A DNA stretch of 64,000 nucleotides from positions 32,001 to 96,000 of the IMG/VR virus record IMGVR_UViG_2703718869_000013. One strand, 5' to 3'. The position numbers were made by a program, and so were the translations under genes. Position 1 is the first letter of the stretch. Every line of letters begins with the position of its first letter. The notes beneath the pieces are model-generated. The model searched no databases and was not told where the DNA came from. It worked only from the letters and a program-made list of their open reading frames with translations. The DNA is from a virus. Its lineage: Duplodnaviria > Heunggongvirae > Uroviricota > Caudoviricetes. This document shows positions 50,971-61,717 of the stretch, one piece after another.

Positions 50971-51180
50971 ATGGCTTTCATTCAACCAACCATCGACGAC
51001 GTTAGACATTGCTCTAACGCTTTATCTGTAGACCCTGCCGAAACCGACGCTGCCCGCGCCATTGCTGAACACTACTCAAAGATATCCAATCAGGAGTACC
51101 GCATCACCCAAGACGACCTGGATGATCTCACTGACACAATCGAATATCTCATGGCCACTAACCAGCCAGACTCACAATAA
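50971..51180 (+). CDS. coi: Coi-like C1 inactivator
   Basis: 69-aa acidic protein immediately upstream of c1, downstream of operator-controlled promoter. Confidence 0.75.
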   Translation: MAFIQPTIDDVRHCSNALSVDPAETDAARAIAEHYSKISNQEYRITQDDLDDLTDTIEYLMATNQPDSQ

Positions 51181-51290
51181 ATGCACTAATAAATCTATTA
51201 TTTTCGTTGGATCCTTCTATAATGGTGGCCAACAACTCCCAGTGTAATCCGCTGTGAGTTGTTGGCCATGTCAATTCTGGAGGAGGATCA

Positions 51291-52142
51291 ATGATAAATT
51301 ATGTCTACGGCGAACAACTGTACCAGGAGTTCGTCAGCTTCAGGGATCTCTTTCTAAAAAAAGCTGTTGCACGCGCCCAACACGTTGATGCCGCCAGCGA
51401 CGGTCGTCCTGTACGCCCGGTTGTCGTTCTGCCGTTCAAAGAAACGGACAGCATTCAGGCTGAAATTGATAAATGGACTTTAATGGCGCGGGAACTGGAA
51501 CAGTACCCAGACCTCAATATCCCAAAGACTATTTTATATCCAGTGCCTAACATCCTTCGCGGTGTGCGTAAGGTTACAACTTATCAGACAGAAGCTGTGA
51601 ACAGCGTCAACATGACCGCTGGCCGCATTATTCATCTGATTGATAAGGACATTCGCATCCAGAAAAGCGCGGGGATCAATGAGCACAGTGCGAAATACAT
51701 AGAGAACCTGGAAGCAACAAAAGAGCTAATGAAGCAGTACCCGGAGGATGAAAAATTCCGTATGCGTGTACACGGCTTTAGCGAAACAATGCTGCGCGTC
51801 CATTACATTTCCAGTAGCCCTAACTACAATGATGGTAAATCAGTTAGTTACCATGTGCCGCTGTGTGGTGTGTTTATCTGCGATGAAACTCTCCGTGATG
51901 GAATCATCATCAACGGTGAATTCGAGAAAGCAAAATTTAGCCTTTATGACTCTATAGAACCGATCATCTGCGACCGCTGGCCGCAGGCAAAAATATATCG
52001 CCTGGCAGATATTGAAAATGTAAAAAAACAAATTGCCATCACTCGCGAAGAGAAAAAGGTTAAGTCAGCCGCATCAGTTGCGCGCAGCCGTAAAACCAAG
52101 AAGGGGCAGCCAGTAAACGACAACCCCGAAAGCGCGCAATAA
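51291..52142 (+). CDS. c1: C1 master repressor of lysis
   Basis: 283 aa beginning MINYVYGEQLYQEF as recalled for P1 C1; operator sites throughout the window. Confidence 0.9.
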   Translation: MINYVYGEQLYQEFVSFRDLFLKKAVARAQHVDAASDGRPVRPVVVLPFKETDSIQAEIDKWTLMARELEQYPDLNIPKTILYPVPNILRGVRKVTTYQTEAVNSVNMTAGRIIHLIDKDIRIQKSAGINEHSAKYIENLEATKELMKQYPEDEKFRMRVHGFSETMLRVHYISSSPNYNDGKSVSYHVPLCGVFICDETLRDGIIINGEFEKAKFSLYDSIEPIICDRWPQAKIYRLADIENVKKQIAITREEKKVKSAASVARSRKTKKGQPVNDNPESAQ

Positions 52143-52145
52143 ATT

Positions 52146-52168
52146 ATGCCCGGCATCAACCGGGCATT
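52146..52168. terminator. Hairpin ATGCCCGG-catcaa-CCGGGCAT between convergent c1 and ant
   Basis: 8-bp stem directly after c1 stop. Confidence 0.5.
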
Positions 52169-52174
52169 CTTCCA

Positions 52175-53293
52175 TTATTCAGCCGCCACCGGTTTTAACA
52201 AGCCAGCATCGAGCAGTTTACGCGTCAACCACTGCTGGCCTTTACCCGTTAATTGAGGCGTCAACCGTATCTGGTAGCCATCTTCATCATCCAGCACCAC
52301 TTCTTTCACCGTGAAATACCCGGCGTTGATGTACTGCTGGAACGGCACATTTTTACGTCCACCGGACGCTATCAGGATGCCGTTCTCCCGTAACCAGACA
52401 AACAGCGCGTTTTGCTTAAGTCCAACAACCTTTGCAAAATTCCCAATCAGGATCCCTTTAGCTACTGATACCCGGTCGGCAAAATCGACTTTAGGAGCGG
52501 CGGCCACCAGCTGCTGATTTAGCTGGTGGGCTTTCTGTTCCAGAAGTTGCTTTTGTTCAGCCAGTTCGGCAGCCAGGCGTAGGACTTCAGGAAGCGTCTG
52601 GGGGATTGCGATCGGTTGCTGTTCTTTTTGTCGGAAGTAGCTGTCTTCCAGTTTTTCAAAGAATGCCCATGCCTGATCGGTTTCGAGCATTTTAGCGTGG
52701 CGGGCTGCGCCGCGTTCTGTCCAGAGGGTGAGTGAGCGAACATTGCGAGCAATTTTTACAGAGTAGTTTAAAGCTACTCTGTGCTTCAACTCGCGCAATG
52801 ATTCTCCTTCAACTTTGAAAAAGTGCTTCCCTTCAACAAAGCGTACTTTGTTCTCATGATGATTTTGGCGAATACGGATTGTTTCTGTCCCATACCCTCT
52901 CGCAAGAGTCTCGGTTGTCACTACACGCACTCCCTGCCATTCCAGAACGGGAATTTCATCAGACTGATTCTGAACAACCACCAGCTCCGATTCCTGAACT
53001 GAAGGTGCATGAATTTTTTCTAATTTAACGTTATTTGCTTTCATTCTGTGTGCCTCCTTGCGTGCTTCGGCTGCGACGGTTGCGTAATTCAGATGACCCT
53101 GTTCGAGCAGGTATTCGCGGATATCAGACAACAGGATACGGTGAACCGCGTTCTTGTCCTTTCTCCGGTAAAGTTGTTTGGTGATCATGAAGTAGTTGGC
53201 AATAACGCCAGGTATATCCCTGGTGCTGATACAGATTGTGTGCTGTTCAATTGCCTCGATCATCTCTTCACGGGTGACTAATGACGTTCTCAT
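52175..53293 (-). CDS. ant: Antirepressor Ant (module D), with Bro-N/AntA-like central domain
   Basis: 372 aa; paralogous to module C Ant; ANT/KilAC C-terminus. Confidence 0.8.
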   Translation of the reverse strand: MRTSLVTREEMIEAIEQHTICISTRDIPGVIANYFMITKQLYRRKDKNAVHRILLSDIREYLLEQGHLNYATVAAEARKEAHRMKANNVKLEKIHAPSVQESELVVVQNQSDEIPVLEWQGVRVVTTETLARGYGTETIRIRQNHHENKVRFVEGKHFFKVEGESLRELKHRVALNYSVKIARNVRSLTLWTERGAARHAKMLETDQAWAFFEKLEDSYFRQKEQQPIAIPQTLPEVLRLAAELAEQKQLLEQKAHQLNQQLVAAAPKVDFADRVSVAKGILIGNFAKVVGLKQNALFVWLRENGILIASGGRKNVPFQQYINAGYFTVKEVVLDDEDGYQIRLTPQLTGKGQQWLTRKLLDAGLLKPVAAE

Positions 53294-53511
53294 AGTCCCT
53301 CCTGAGCAGAAGCGTTAACAGGGAGGCACCAGTAACTGAGAGAATTGCGTGAATCAGTGGAAAAACGGGCAGAGAAAATACATGGGGCGTCAGGAAGCTG
53401 AGAGCGAGCCTCATCTTCTGTTGGTGCAATAACGAAGTGATAGTGACGTTTTTGGCAGGAGTAAAAGCGCCAGATAAATTCAGGATGAGTTGGGGTAGGG
53501 ATAGTAGCCAT
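53290..53511 (-). CDS. icd: Icd-like small protein (module D)
   Basis: 73 codons from ATG at 53511 with GGAGG Shine-Dalgarno; track ORF continues upstream without a start signal. Confidence 0.7.
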   Translation of the reverse strand: MATIPTPTHPEFIWRFYSCQKRHYHFVIAPTEDEARSQLPDAPCIFSARFSTDSRNSLSYWCLPVNASAQEGL

Positions 53512-53519
53512 ATTGGCAG

Positions 53520-53700
53520 CCTCCTTAGACGTTGGTATGTAACCACCGCAGAAGAGACCAATCTTGCTGGCGGTGGACTGTACGGAGTTGGCCTTACTGG
53601 CGTCCAAGGTAACCAGCCTACCCGAAGGTAGCCCCATACAGCCCACCATTGTAGAGGTGTGCGTGTACGCCGATACAAAAAAAGACGCGAGCGGCGTCTG
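53520..53700 (-). ncRNA. c4: Divergent c4-like antisense RNA region (module D)
   Basis: Homologous hairpin with same TTCG loop but different stem (CTACC/GGTAG versus AGGC/GCCT); candidate triple GTCTAAGG (upstream, downstream at SD) with CCTTGGAC in the core; terminator hairpin upstream. Confidence 0.5.
53676..53699 (-). terminator. Hairpin AGACGC-cgctc-GCGTCT followed by T7 on the minus strand
   Basis: Direct reading of the reverse complement. Confidence 0.55.
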
Positions 53701-53829
53701 TATCGCCTTAGACTTAAGCGGGAGGCCAATCCCGGCACCCGTTTTAATGAGGTGCCTGATAAGCATAAACCGAAAATGCCTCAAGGCGCAAGAGGTCAGG
53801 CTCAATGTAACATCGGTAGTTAAAAAACA

Positions 53830-53846
53830 CAATTTATTAGAGCAAA
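53830..53846. promoter_or_regulatory. C1-operator-like site upstream of module D
   Basis: 15/17 match; between pacB stop and the module D control region. Confidence 0.6.
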
Positions 53847-53849
53847 TAT

Positions 53850-55334
53850 TCATTCATTAAGCCATGCCAGAGCTTCATCAACCTGCGCTTCGTCTTCGAC
53901 GCTAAGCACTTCATCCTGGGGAACATAATCCGCCAGCATAGCGAAACAATATGTATCCCAATGGTCTGGTGAGTGCAGGTTGAGTTTTTTCTTCATATCC
54001 TCCTTACTCATCACTTTCCATTGACCTGCGGAGTTAATCCCTACAGGGATTTTCGACGCTTCCTCAATAGTTTCATTACCCTTATCCAGTCTCATACGAC
54101 CAGATTTTACGGCCTCTGCGGCTTGAACGTTGGCATAAGCACGTTTATCAAAGTACAGGCTCTTATCTTCACGGCTATGCATCTTTTTACCCCAGCGTAT
54201 ACGCTGTACGGTAATACCATAATACTCGTACATCAGATCCGCCGTTGCTTTACCCAGGCCATCGCCGTCTATCGCTATGGTGATATTTGGGAATCGCTCA
54301 GGATTACATTCTGCGAAAATTTTGGCGGCAAGCTGCGTTTCTGTAACGTCTGTGTATTCCAGCATTCGATAGTTGATTACACGGCGTTTATTTCGCTGGC
54401 CGGACACCATCATGATATTAATAACGGACTTATCTCGTCCTGTGCCACCAGCAACGTCAACACATGCAACCCAGCCCCATCCTTTGGCAATCTTGACTTT
54501 CCGCCGCGTTGCACGTTCAACCTCATCACGTCCAAGAAGGAAGCCATCCTGTGATTTAGGAAATAGGCCGCGTACCTTAATCATGTACATAGGGTTATCA
54601 CGCCCGCCGTACTCCGCCAGCTTCATTTTGATAAATGCTGGCGTTACCAGCGGTGATTCCTCACTGTTAAGCGTGATCGCCGTATAAACGCCATCAGGGT
54701 TACCAGGCCGCTTGGCCAGTTTATGGTGAGTATCGTAGAAATAGCCGCTTGGGCGTGTAGGCTGTGACAGCAATAAGATGCGGTTATCCTGTCCGGTAAG
54801 AGCACCGGTGATGATACCGAAAGCTCTATCACTGACACCGGAGGCTTCATCGATAATATACAGAAGATGATCTGCGTGTTCACCTGCGAGAGCTTCTTCA
54901 CTTCCCAGACGAAAGCCCTTCGGTACTACAGTCCATACACCTTTACCAGTAACTTCATAAAAAGCGGTTTCTGTCAGAACAAAATAATCCGCAAGCCATG
55001 GAAAACGGCTGGTGGCCGTAGCCCAGTTTATCTTGATGTACTTGAATATACCGGTCATTACCTGCTGAATTTTGTTCGCAACGATAATGGCACGGGCACC
55101 GGGATACATGATTATGAACAACATGATCATGATAGAAGTCATGTCTGATTTCCCGGTACCGTGACCAGACGAAACAGATGTCTTGCTACCCTGTTCCTGC
55201 ACAGACTCAATAATCAGATCCTGCTGCCAGGTAGGTGTTTTGCCGAACAAAACATCAGCGGCCGCAATCCAGTCATAACGATATAGCGCCACCAGCTCGC
55301 GCCAACGTGGATCCGTTACGCAACTTCTGGCCAT
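53850..55334 (-). CDS. pacB: Terminase large subunit PacB
   Basis: 494 aa; Walker A-like GHGTGKS; follows pacA with overlapping stop/start. Confidence 0.8.
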   Translation of the reverse strand: MARSCVTDPRWRELVALYRYDWIAAADVLFGKTPTWQQDLIIESVQEQGSKTSVSSGHGTGKSDMTSIMIMLFIIMYPGARAIIVANKIQQVMTGIFKYIKINWATATSRFPWLADYFVLTETAFYEVTGKGVWTVVPKGFRLGSEEALAGEHADHLLYIIDEASGVSDRAFGIITGALTGQDNRILLLSQPTRPSGYFYDTHHKLAKRPGNPDGVYTAITLNSEESPLVTPAFIKMKLAEYGGRDNPMYMIKVRGLFPKSQDGFLLGRDEVERATRRKVKIAKGWGWVACVDVAGGTGRDKSVINIMMVSGQRNKRRVINYRMLEYTDVTETQLAAKIFAECNPERFPNITIAIDGDGLGKATADLMYEYYGITVQRIRWGKKMHSREDKSLYFDKRAYANVQAAEAVKSGRMRLDKGNETIEEASKIPVGINSAGQWKVMSKEDMKKKLNLHSPDHWDTYCFAMLADYVPQDEVLSVEDEAQVDEALAWLNE

Positions 55335-56527
55335 TAATCATCATCCCCGTATAGCTTGCGGGTAACTTCTTCGTCTTCCTCCTCGTCTTCGTCCAGGTCT
55401 TGTTCCAGCCATGGTTCGTTTGATACACCTTCAGTATCAACATCTCCATAACCGCCTGTATCAACGATATCGGCGATTTCTTCCCTACGTTGCTCAATCC
55501 ACAATGCAGCATCGGCGCGGCGGTTGGCGGCCCGTTCTCGCGCAACTTTGTCCAGATCTTCAAGAGAAGGGCCACCGACGGCAGTTTGCCTTTCCTCATC
55601 ATCGGTATTTGTCTTAGGAGCACGCAGATCGGCTTTGATTTGTTCCAGCATCAGGGGCGGCACTTTCCCTCCATGCGCCTCGATGAATTCAGCCGCTTCC
55701 AGCACTGACCAGTTATTTTCACGCTTTCGTTCGTATGCCAGCTTAACAATGCCAGCTTGCCCCATAGATAAAGCGTGCTTTTCCGCCTCCCGGCTTTCTT
55801 TTCGATAGTTATTCCGGATGCTGTAAATGGTGTTGATCAGGCTGCTTATCTGCGCGGAACAGCTGTTTAGCATGCTCGCGATACGGTATTCAGGCGGAGT
55901 ACCTTCATCATCGGCTTTTTGCTGATCGCGCATTTCCTGCACCAAGCGAATACACGTATCCCTGGCGTTCTCCAGCATAAGGAGATGAGAAAGAGACTTT
56001 TCAAGAAGAGTGGTTTCCAGAACATCGGCCCCGGACCGACGCAACATAGCGCGCGCGGCCTTCCGCGCTTCAACGTTATCTATCAGGTAATCGCCAGCTT
56101 CAAATTCAAAGCGTTCACCATCATCATCCAGGGTGTCGCGTTCCAGGCGATCACGTAAGGTCCGGTGGGCGCGGGTGATCACGTCATGATCATCTGAACG
56201 ATCATTTATGCGCTTATTTTGGCGCTTCGCATTCTCTACTGCGGCACTGACAACGGCATTAACTCTTTGTTTTTCCGCTATTTCCGCCGCAATGTGATCA
56301 CCTGAATGTTGATCATTAGAGTGATCAATGATCATGCTTTTTAGTGGCTTCCTGACTGGCTTATTTGGCTTGCGGCTGTCCGCAGTCCTGGTGTCTTCTT
56401 TGAAGGCACGGAGATAACGACGTGCGGTATTAGGGTTAAGATTAAACTCGGCGGCATACTGTGCGATGGTGTAACCACCATCTCGCGCCAGGCGAGCAAA
56501 ATTCTTTTTGTGATCGTCCCAGGTCAC
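55334..56527 (-). CDS. pacA: Terminase small subunit PacA (contains pac site)
   Basis: 397 aa; pac hexamer clusters inside its 5' part; acidic C-terminus. Confidence 0.8.
   Translation of the reverse strand: MTWDDHKKNFARLARDGGYTIAQYAAEFNLNPNTARRYLRAFKEDTRTADSRKPNKPVRKPLKSMIIDHSNDQHSGDHIAAEIAEKQRVNAVVSAAVENAKRQNKRINDRSDDHDVITRAHRTLRDRLERDTLDDDGERFEFEAGDYLIDNVEARKAARAMLRRSGADVLETTLLEKSLSHLLMLENARDTCIRLVQEMRDQQKADDEGTPPEYRIASMLNSCSAQISSLINTIYSIRNNYRKESREAEKHALSMGQAGIVKLAYERKRENNWSVLEAAEFIEAHGGKVPPLMLEQIKADLRAPKTNTDDEERQTAVGGPSLEDLDKVARERAANRRADAALWIEQRREEIADIVDTGGYGDVDTEGVSNEPWLEQDLDEDEEEDEEVTRKLYGDDD
56176..56334. other. pac: pac packaging site: two clusters of TGATCA hexamers (3 + 4) with GATC Dam sites
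   Basis: TGATCACGTCATGATCATCTGAACGATCA and TGATCACCTGAATGTTGATCATTAGAGTGATCAATGATCA, about 100 bp apart, inside pacA. Confidence 0.85.
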
Positions 56528-56564
56528 TTATGCTTCCTTTCGTAAAAACTCTTTTTGACGCGAG

Positions 56565-56585
56565 GGTAACGAAAGTCACATGTCA
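56565..56585 (-). promoter_or_regulatory. Late-promoter-like motif upstream of pacA (minus strand GACATGTGACTTTCGTTAC)
   Basis: GTGACTTTC core similar to the other late motifs. Confidence 0.3.
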
Positions 56586-56612
56586 AAAGGCCCGGAACGG
56601 GCAAGCAATCAA

Positions 56613-57065
56613 TCAGATACGTGCAGATGTGGCATTACCGTAATGACGGTGCTGACGGGCCACCTTATTGAAAAGTTGACGCGCCATTACCCAAGGCTGG
56701 TGCTCCCGGCGTTCCTTTTCGTCCTGCGTCATATAGAGTTCGTTCTGGAGTTTTTCATCAAACCGGCGCGGAGCGCGGCTACGGCGAAAGAATTCAGGAT
56801 TCAGAGAGTGGATCTGAAATCTACGTGGGCGTGTACTGTCATCAATCAAAACAGACGAATACTTAGACACAGCGATAGCCTTTAAGCGCAGATAAACATC
56901 GCGCTTATCGACATCCAGATGCGGGTATTCCTTTTCAAGAATTGCTGCGAGTTCTTTCGCTGATAGAAGAGATTTAGTGCGGATCATGTAATCCGCAATC
57001 TCGTACGATGTTATTCGTGAGTGATTTATTTCCATGAAGTGGCGTCCCTGCCAGTTAAGTAACAT
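56613..57065 (-). CDS. lpa: Late promoter activator Lpa-like
   Basis: 150-aa ORF at the position of P1 lpa, preceded by operator-like site. Confidence 0.55.
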   Translation of the reverse strand: MLLNWQGRHFMEINHSRITSYEIADYMIRTKSLLSAKELAAILEKEYPHLDVDKRDVYLRLKAIAVSKYSSVLIDDSTRPRRFQIHSLNPEFFRRSRAPRRFDEKLQNELYMTQDEKERREHQPWVMARQLFNKVARQHRHYGNATSARI

Positions 57066-57135
57066 CCTGTCACCTACTGATTAGCCCATGTCAACTAATC
57101 AACGTCGAATATAATACCCTCGATTAAAGAAATAG

Positions 57136-57152
57136 CAATACATTAGAGCAAT
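57136..57152. promoter_or_regulatory. C1-operator-like site upstream of lpa
   Basis: 13/17 match including the TTAGAGCAAT core. Confidence 0.45.
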
Positions 57153-57153
57153 T

Positions 57154-58197
57154 TTATCTAACGCTCGACGAGTGACTTGTGATAGCGCCAACTCCAAGCG
57201 CGTAATCAAAGAACAATCGTTGATGCATCGCCAGCCTACCGTGCGTCTTCTCCCAATTATCGCGGTCACGCTCAATATCACGCTGGCATGACTGGCACAG
57301 AGGAATAGCATAAATGTCATGCGCGCATAATCGACTATGACGAACGATATAAGGCGTAATGTGAGCGACAGCTCCCGCAGCTCCACAGCCACAGCATGGA
57401 CGGGAAGCCACAAAGTCCATGTACTCGGGCAATTTTAGCGATTGAAGTTTTGGTATTTTGAAATGCGCCATGCCAGGGTCGGAGTCAACATCCACAGGGC
57501 ATACTTTTGCACGCATCGGCGCGGCGCGTTCTTCCATCATCTGAACATATGCTGTAGCGCGATCGTCATACGGGCGAATATCCGCCTCTTTCAGAGGTCC
57601 GCTATCCTGCGTTGCGGCTTTCATCTTATTTATTGATATACGGCAAACTTCTTCCGGCATCAGGTGCATCATGTTGCGCATGAAAGCCCACCAGCACAGT
57701 TCCTGAATACTTAAATCATGGCCATCTGAAAGCCCCATTTCCTGACGGGCGACATCCAGTATCCAGTTAACGCGATTATTATGCAGCGTTTCTTTCAGCT
57801 CATTAAAACCACGCATCCGGTAATGGTTATCGTGATGCCAGCACAACAACACCGCGCTATTGTCTCGTTCTGCGTGGACAATATGGTTGTCACACCAGCT
57901 ACGATCTGCGGCCTGGCATTGTCCCTCTTTCCTGCGCAACCACGCCACCAGCGCGTCAATTCCACCAATACGGCGAAACAGTTCATCGCTGTTAAAAAAC
58001 GGCTGCAACGCCTCATTTGTTGCCATGGTTTGCTCGGTAACAACGAGGCCGTCTTCCATGTGCTCGATTAACTCACGCGGCACCGGCTCCATAATAAATT
58101 TACGGCCAGCCTCCACCAGCTTTCTGACCTCCTGATCCACTTTGAACGTGGCGAGGCCAAGCTCTTTCTGTACAAAGGGAGTAATTACGGCTTTCAC
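57154..58197 (-). CDS. Hypothetical Cys/His-rich protein (PdcB position)
   Basis: 347-aa ORF with CWHHDNHY and PCCGCG..C..C motifs. Confidence 0.5.
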   Translation of the reverse strand: MKAVITPFVQKELGLATFKVDQEVRKLVEAGRKFIMEPVPRELIEHMEDGLVVTEQTMATNEALQPFFNSDELFRRIGGIDALVAWLRRKEGQCQAADRSWCDNHIVHAERDNSAVLLCWHHDNHYRMRGFNELKETLHNNRVNWILDVARQEMGLSDGHDLSIQELCWWAFMRNMMHLMPEEVCRISINKMKAATQDSGPLKEADIRPYDDRATAYVQMMEERAAPMRAKVCPVDVDSDPGMAHFKIPKLQSLKLPEYMDFVASRPCCGCGAAGAVAHITPYIVRHSRLCAHDIYAIPLCQSCQRDIERDRDNWEKTHGRLAMHQRLFFDYALGVGAITSHSSSVR

Positions 58198-58224
58198 ATC
58201 ACACCTTTCATCACTGATTGGGCT

Positions 58225-58425
58225 TTATCTGCTGCCCGGCATTCTCTGTTTAAGCACAACCATTTCCTGACGGCATAACACAGCAATAGCGGTCCTGGCA
58301 CCAATTTGCTTACCAACCAGGTATTGCTTTACCTTGCGGCGACTCACGCCATCAAGAAGCATCTTTAACGCTTCACGGGACAATTTGTTGTATTTGCGTG
58401 CCATTAATCTACTCCGCAGAGCCAT
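58225..58425 (-). CDS. Hypothetical small basic protein (PdcA position)
   Basis: 66-aa ORF downstream of doc. Confidence 0.4.
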
Positions 58426-58789
58426 ACAATCTACGTAACGTGTCGGCGACAGAAGATACAGATATCTCGCCAGTCGCAGCGCCTACAGTAAGGTCTGCCA
58501 GTTCAGGTGAATCAAATACCTGCACCCCGTTACGGCGTAGAAATAGCAGCGCACTGTTTAGCGCGGTACGCTTATTGGCATCATTGAATATATGCCCTCT
58601 CGCTGTAGCCACAAGGTAGGTGGCGGAGACTTCGAAAAGGTCGGTGATCTCTTCGTAGGCAACTCTGGCCTGAACTCTCCCGATAATGGCCTCTGCCCTA
58701 CCCGGATCTGACATTCCCGGCAGGCCGCCGTAGCGGCTTATATTCGCATCATGAAGCGCAATAAGTTCTTCCGGTGATATATGCCTCAT
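58409..58789 (-). CDS. doc: Doc toxin (Fic-fold kinase)
   Basis: 126 aa matching P1 Doc as recalled, including [11 protein letters not shown]ic-like motif; overlaps phd stop. Confidence 0.95.
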
Positions 58790-59010
58790 TATCGGTTAAC
58801 CAGTTCCTTGTTGGTGGAGTCCAGGGTGTCAAACAGGGATGCAAATTCAGCATCCAGCGCCGCTTTTTTGTAGGCTTCGAAAGTAGCCTTGCTGACAATT
58901 ACTGCTGGCTCACGGCCTCTGCGGGTGATTTCAACCTCTTCCCCGGCTTCAACATTGTTGAGCACTTCAGAAAGGTTGCCGCGCGCGGTACGGAAGTTAA
59001 TGGATTGCAT
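58789..59010 (-). CDS. phd: Phd antitoxin
   Basis: 73 aa [39 protein letters not shown]... as recalled for P1 Phd; track ORF has 2 extra N-terminal codons. Confidence 0.95.
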
Positions 59011-59082
59011 AAACACCTCGTGTACTCGTTATGTGTACACAATTATAAACTTCACAGGCATAAAGCACCAGCACTTTGCAGC

Positions 59083-59472
59083 TTAAATCACCGGACAATC
59101 ATCAAATTCCCCACTTCGGGCATCATTGATGACATGAGTGATCACACCAAAAACAGCATTACTGCACGTGTATCCATCGTCATCTACTGGTAATGCCTCT
59201 TTCTTCCCGGTGCTTAAATCCTCCAGGTGCTGGCGCGGATACTTCCTGTATCTCTTTATGCGATATTCACCCTCCATAGCGCACACAAGCAGAGAACCAT
59301 CAACCGGAGTAAGCGAGGAATCAACCACCAGCAAAGCACCCCGCAATATTCCCTCACGGTGATGGCTATCAGCTGCCCGCATGAAGTAGGTTGCTGATGG
59401 ATGCCTGATTAGTTGCTGATCAAGAGAAATTCGGCTTTCAACATAATCCGCCGCAGGAGAAGGGAAGCCCAT
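59083..59472 (-). CDS. humD: HumD (UmuD homologue, LexA-like S24 peptidase fold)
   Basis: 129 aa with UmuD-like C-terminal domain; position next to phd-doc as in P1. Confidence 0.85.
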   Translation of the reverse strand: MGFPSPAADYVESRISLDQQLIRHPSATYFMRAADSHHREGILRGALLVVDSSLTPVDGSLLVCAMEGEYRIKRYRKYPRQHLEDLSTGKKEALPVDDDGYTCSNAVFGVITHVINDARSGEFDDCPVI

Positions 59473-59646
59473 AGCGTTTTCACCTCAATAATACTGTTCA
59501 TTTATACAGTATACATTAAAGAGACACCTTTGGTGCAAACGCGTTACGTACATCAACCACCGCTGATGATTTTGTGCTCTTTGCTACTATTCATCACCAA
59601 CGGATCAGCGTAACCTCGTTGCCAATCAGTTAATAAGGAATTAGCT

Positions 59647-60057
59647 ATGCCTAATCGCATTCCTCTCGATCCTGTATTGCCCAAAAATTTTGACTGCACT
59701 CCTAACGAGAAACGCTCTAAAGCTCAGCTGGACGCCTGGTGGGACCATCCCTATGGGGTTACAGAACATGACGGGAAAATTGTTGTTTATTGTCTGAATG
59801 GTGGTGCGTGGGACCGTCCATCCGTGCTTGGTTTGGCAAATAACTATGATGAAGCCTGTGAACTTGCCGAAAGACAGCAGGCTAGATGGGTGAAAACACG
59901 GTCACAGCCGACATTCATGTTTTCAAAAGAACCGCCATTTATACTGGCGAGGATGCCGCAGCGACCGGATCATCAACAAGAAATTGTTGCTGAATTTTCC
60001 TCAAGGGATGAGATGAATCTCTTCTCATTAAAGCAGGAAGAAAGGGAGCGCGTCTAA
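59647..60057 (+). CDS. Hypothetical protein
   Basis: 136-aa ORF with ATG start; no motif recognised. Confidence 0.5.
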   Translation: MPNRIPLDPVLPKNFDCTPNEKRSKAQLDAWWDHPYGVTEHDGKIVVYCLNGGAWDRPSVLGLANNYDEACELAERQQARWVKTRSQPTFMFSKEPPFILARMPQRPDHQQEIVAEFSSRDEMNLFSLKQEERERV

Positions 60058-60222
60058 GTGTCTCCAACTCTCGACCACAACCGGATGAACATGGCCCAGC
60101 TCGCCTGGTACAGCAAAGAATTAGATATGTCTATTGCCCGGCTTGAAAACGAAAAAGCCGCTATCCAAGCCCAGCATGAAGGGGTAGTAACCGGGTAGCT
60201 ACGAGAACTGCCAACTATTCGG

Positions 60223-60252
60223 AAAAACGTACGCTAATTAGCGTACGTTTTC
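60223..60252. terminator. Bidirectional terminator (AACGTACGC-taatt-AGCGTACGTT flanked by A5 and T4)
   Basis: Perfect stem with runs on both sides, between convergent genes. Confidence 0.7.
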
Positions 60253-60293
60253 ATTCCATTGGGCTTCAGACGCCTTCACCGTCTTGTTCTTTG

Positions 60294-61223
60294 CTACGGA
60301 TATTCGTAATGCATGTTTTCATCCGGATAAGGGTTGTCAAACGCATTTGCAGAAACACGGATCGTCAAATTATCCGATAATCCTTCGATCATCTCCAAAA
60401 TCTCAGGCGGACAACTTTTGTCAAAGGTCAACACAAAGTCATAGATCAAACCGTCATCACTACTGTTTTCCTGTGTGTCCCATTCCAGCAATTCAAGATC
60501 TTCGTCTGTTATGCCAAGCTCCGCTGCCAGTCTGCTCTGAGGAGGTTTGCCATACTTTAGCTCCGGGTCAACCCTGTCGTCATTGACGCAGCCTCCAGCT
60601 TCAAGCTCGAAATCGTAAAAACCGCGCTTGCCAGCCATGCGGGGCAATATCACCTTCACAACTATATCAAGGGTGTCACCACAGAACGGCCTATCGTCCA
60701 GTGTCTCGCCCTTGTACTGGATTTTGGCAATAGCCACCAATTTGTCACCACGATCCTCGATTTGCACATCGTCATAATAAGCATCGAAAAATTCCGCATT
60801 GGTTTCAGCCATCAAACCGGAAAGCTGGTCATCTATAAGAGATTGGCAATCGGGTAGTAAGACTTCGACAATATAGTTTTCCAGTGTGTCATGGATCCAG
60901 ACATTTCCACCACATAGCCCTTCACTGGTAAGCATGTCTGATAGAAGCCTGGCGAGGTCAATTGACTGGGTAAGGTCATTTGGCAAACCGTTGAGTTTCG
61001 AGCGTCTGTCATTCATCAACGGTATATCAGGAATGAAGATATATGCCTCTTCGAGCTGAACCAGCGGGTAGGTCTTCTCGGCCATGAGTGCCGCATGGCT
61101 CTTGTAACCGAAAAATGCTGCAACCAGCTCTCTTGCATGTGAAGCTTTTAGTTTTTCAGTGGATTGGGAAACATGATTTTGACGTAGGAAATCTGCGCAA
61201 AGTTTTGAGAGATCGGTACTCAT
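60294..61223 (-). CDS. Hypothetical acidic protein
   Basis: 309-aa ORF, no motif recognised. Confidence 0.55.
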   Translation of the reverse strand: MSTDLSKLCADFLRQNHVSQSTEKLKASHARELVAAFFGYKSHAALMAEKTYPLVQLEEAYIFIPDIPLMNDRRSKLNGLPNDLTQSIDLARLLSDMLTSEGLCGGNVWIHDTLENYIVEVLLPDCQSLIDDQLSGLMAETNAEFFDAYYDDVQIEDRGDKLVAIAKIQYKGETLDDRPFCGDTLDIVVKVILPRMAGKRGFYDFELEAGGCVNDDRVDPELKYGKPPQSRLAAELGITDEDLELLEWDTQENSSDDGLIYDFVLTFDKSCPPEILEMIEGLSDNLTIRVSANAFDNPYPDENMHYEYP

Positions 61224-61717
61224 AGTAGTGATCCTGTCTTAACAATGCTGGACTTTAAAAGTAGTGGTAAGTGTTTAAGTCACTACGCTTGCCAGCATGG
61301 TTAATAAAGATCAACTGTCATTGGCAGGTAGTTCGATTTGCTGTCTTTTAGGTCACTTACAGCCTTGGCAATCAGCTCCGATACCTAAGATACCAGAATG
61401 GCCGATTTTAGCAAGACGAATAAATGATGCTTTCAGCTAGCCATGTCCTAGCATGGCCAGATTTTGGGTGTTCGTATTTATTTCATTGACCAGCAATATA
61501 ATCGTTAATCTGGTTACTCGGAGACGGGCTGCAACATCGAGCGCAGCGCGTGAAGGTGGAAGGATAAAAGTTGGCAGTTATCTCAGCTACCCGGTCACTC
61601 TCCCATGAAGTAGTTCTGAACCGGATTAGAGAAATGCAAAACGATAACAGAGGCTAAATCGAGGTAGAAAACACATTATTTAAGGCCACTAATTGTGGCC
61701 TTAAAGGGGAGAGATGC

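Noticed and set aside
53512-53853. Upstream continuation of the icd-D frame giving a 187-aa ORF
   Set aside because: It runs through the c4-like RNA region and has no start signal; the 73-codon version starting at 53511 has a Shine-Dalgarno and matches the paralogues.
60058-60195. 45-codon GTG-initiated ORF right after the 59647-60057 gene
   Set aside because: Short, GTG start, no clear ribosome-binding site; cannot be distinguished from chance.
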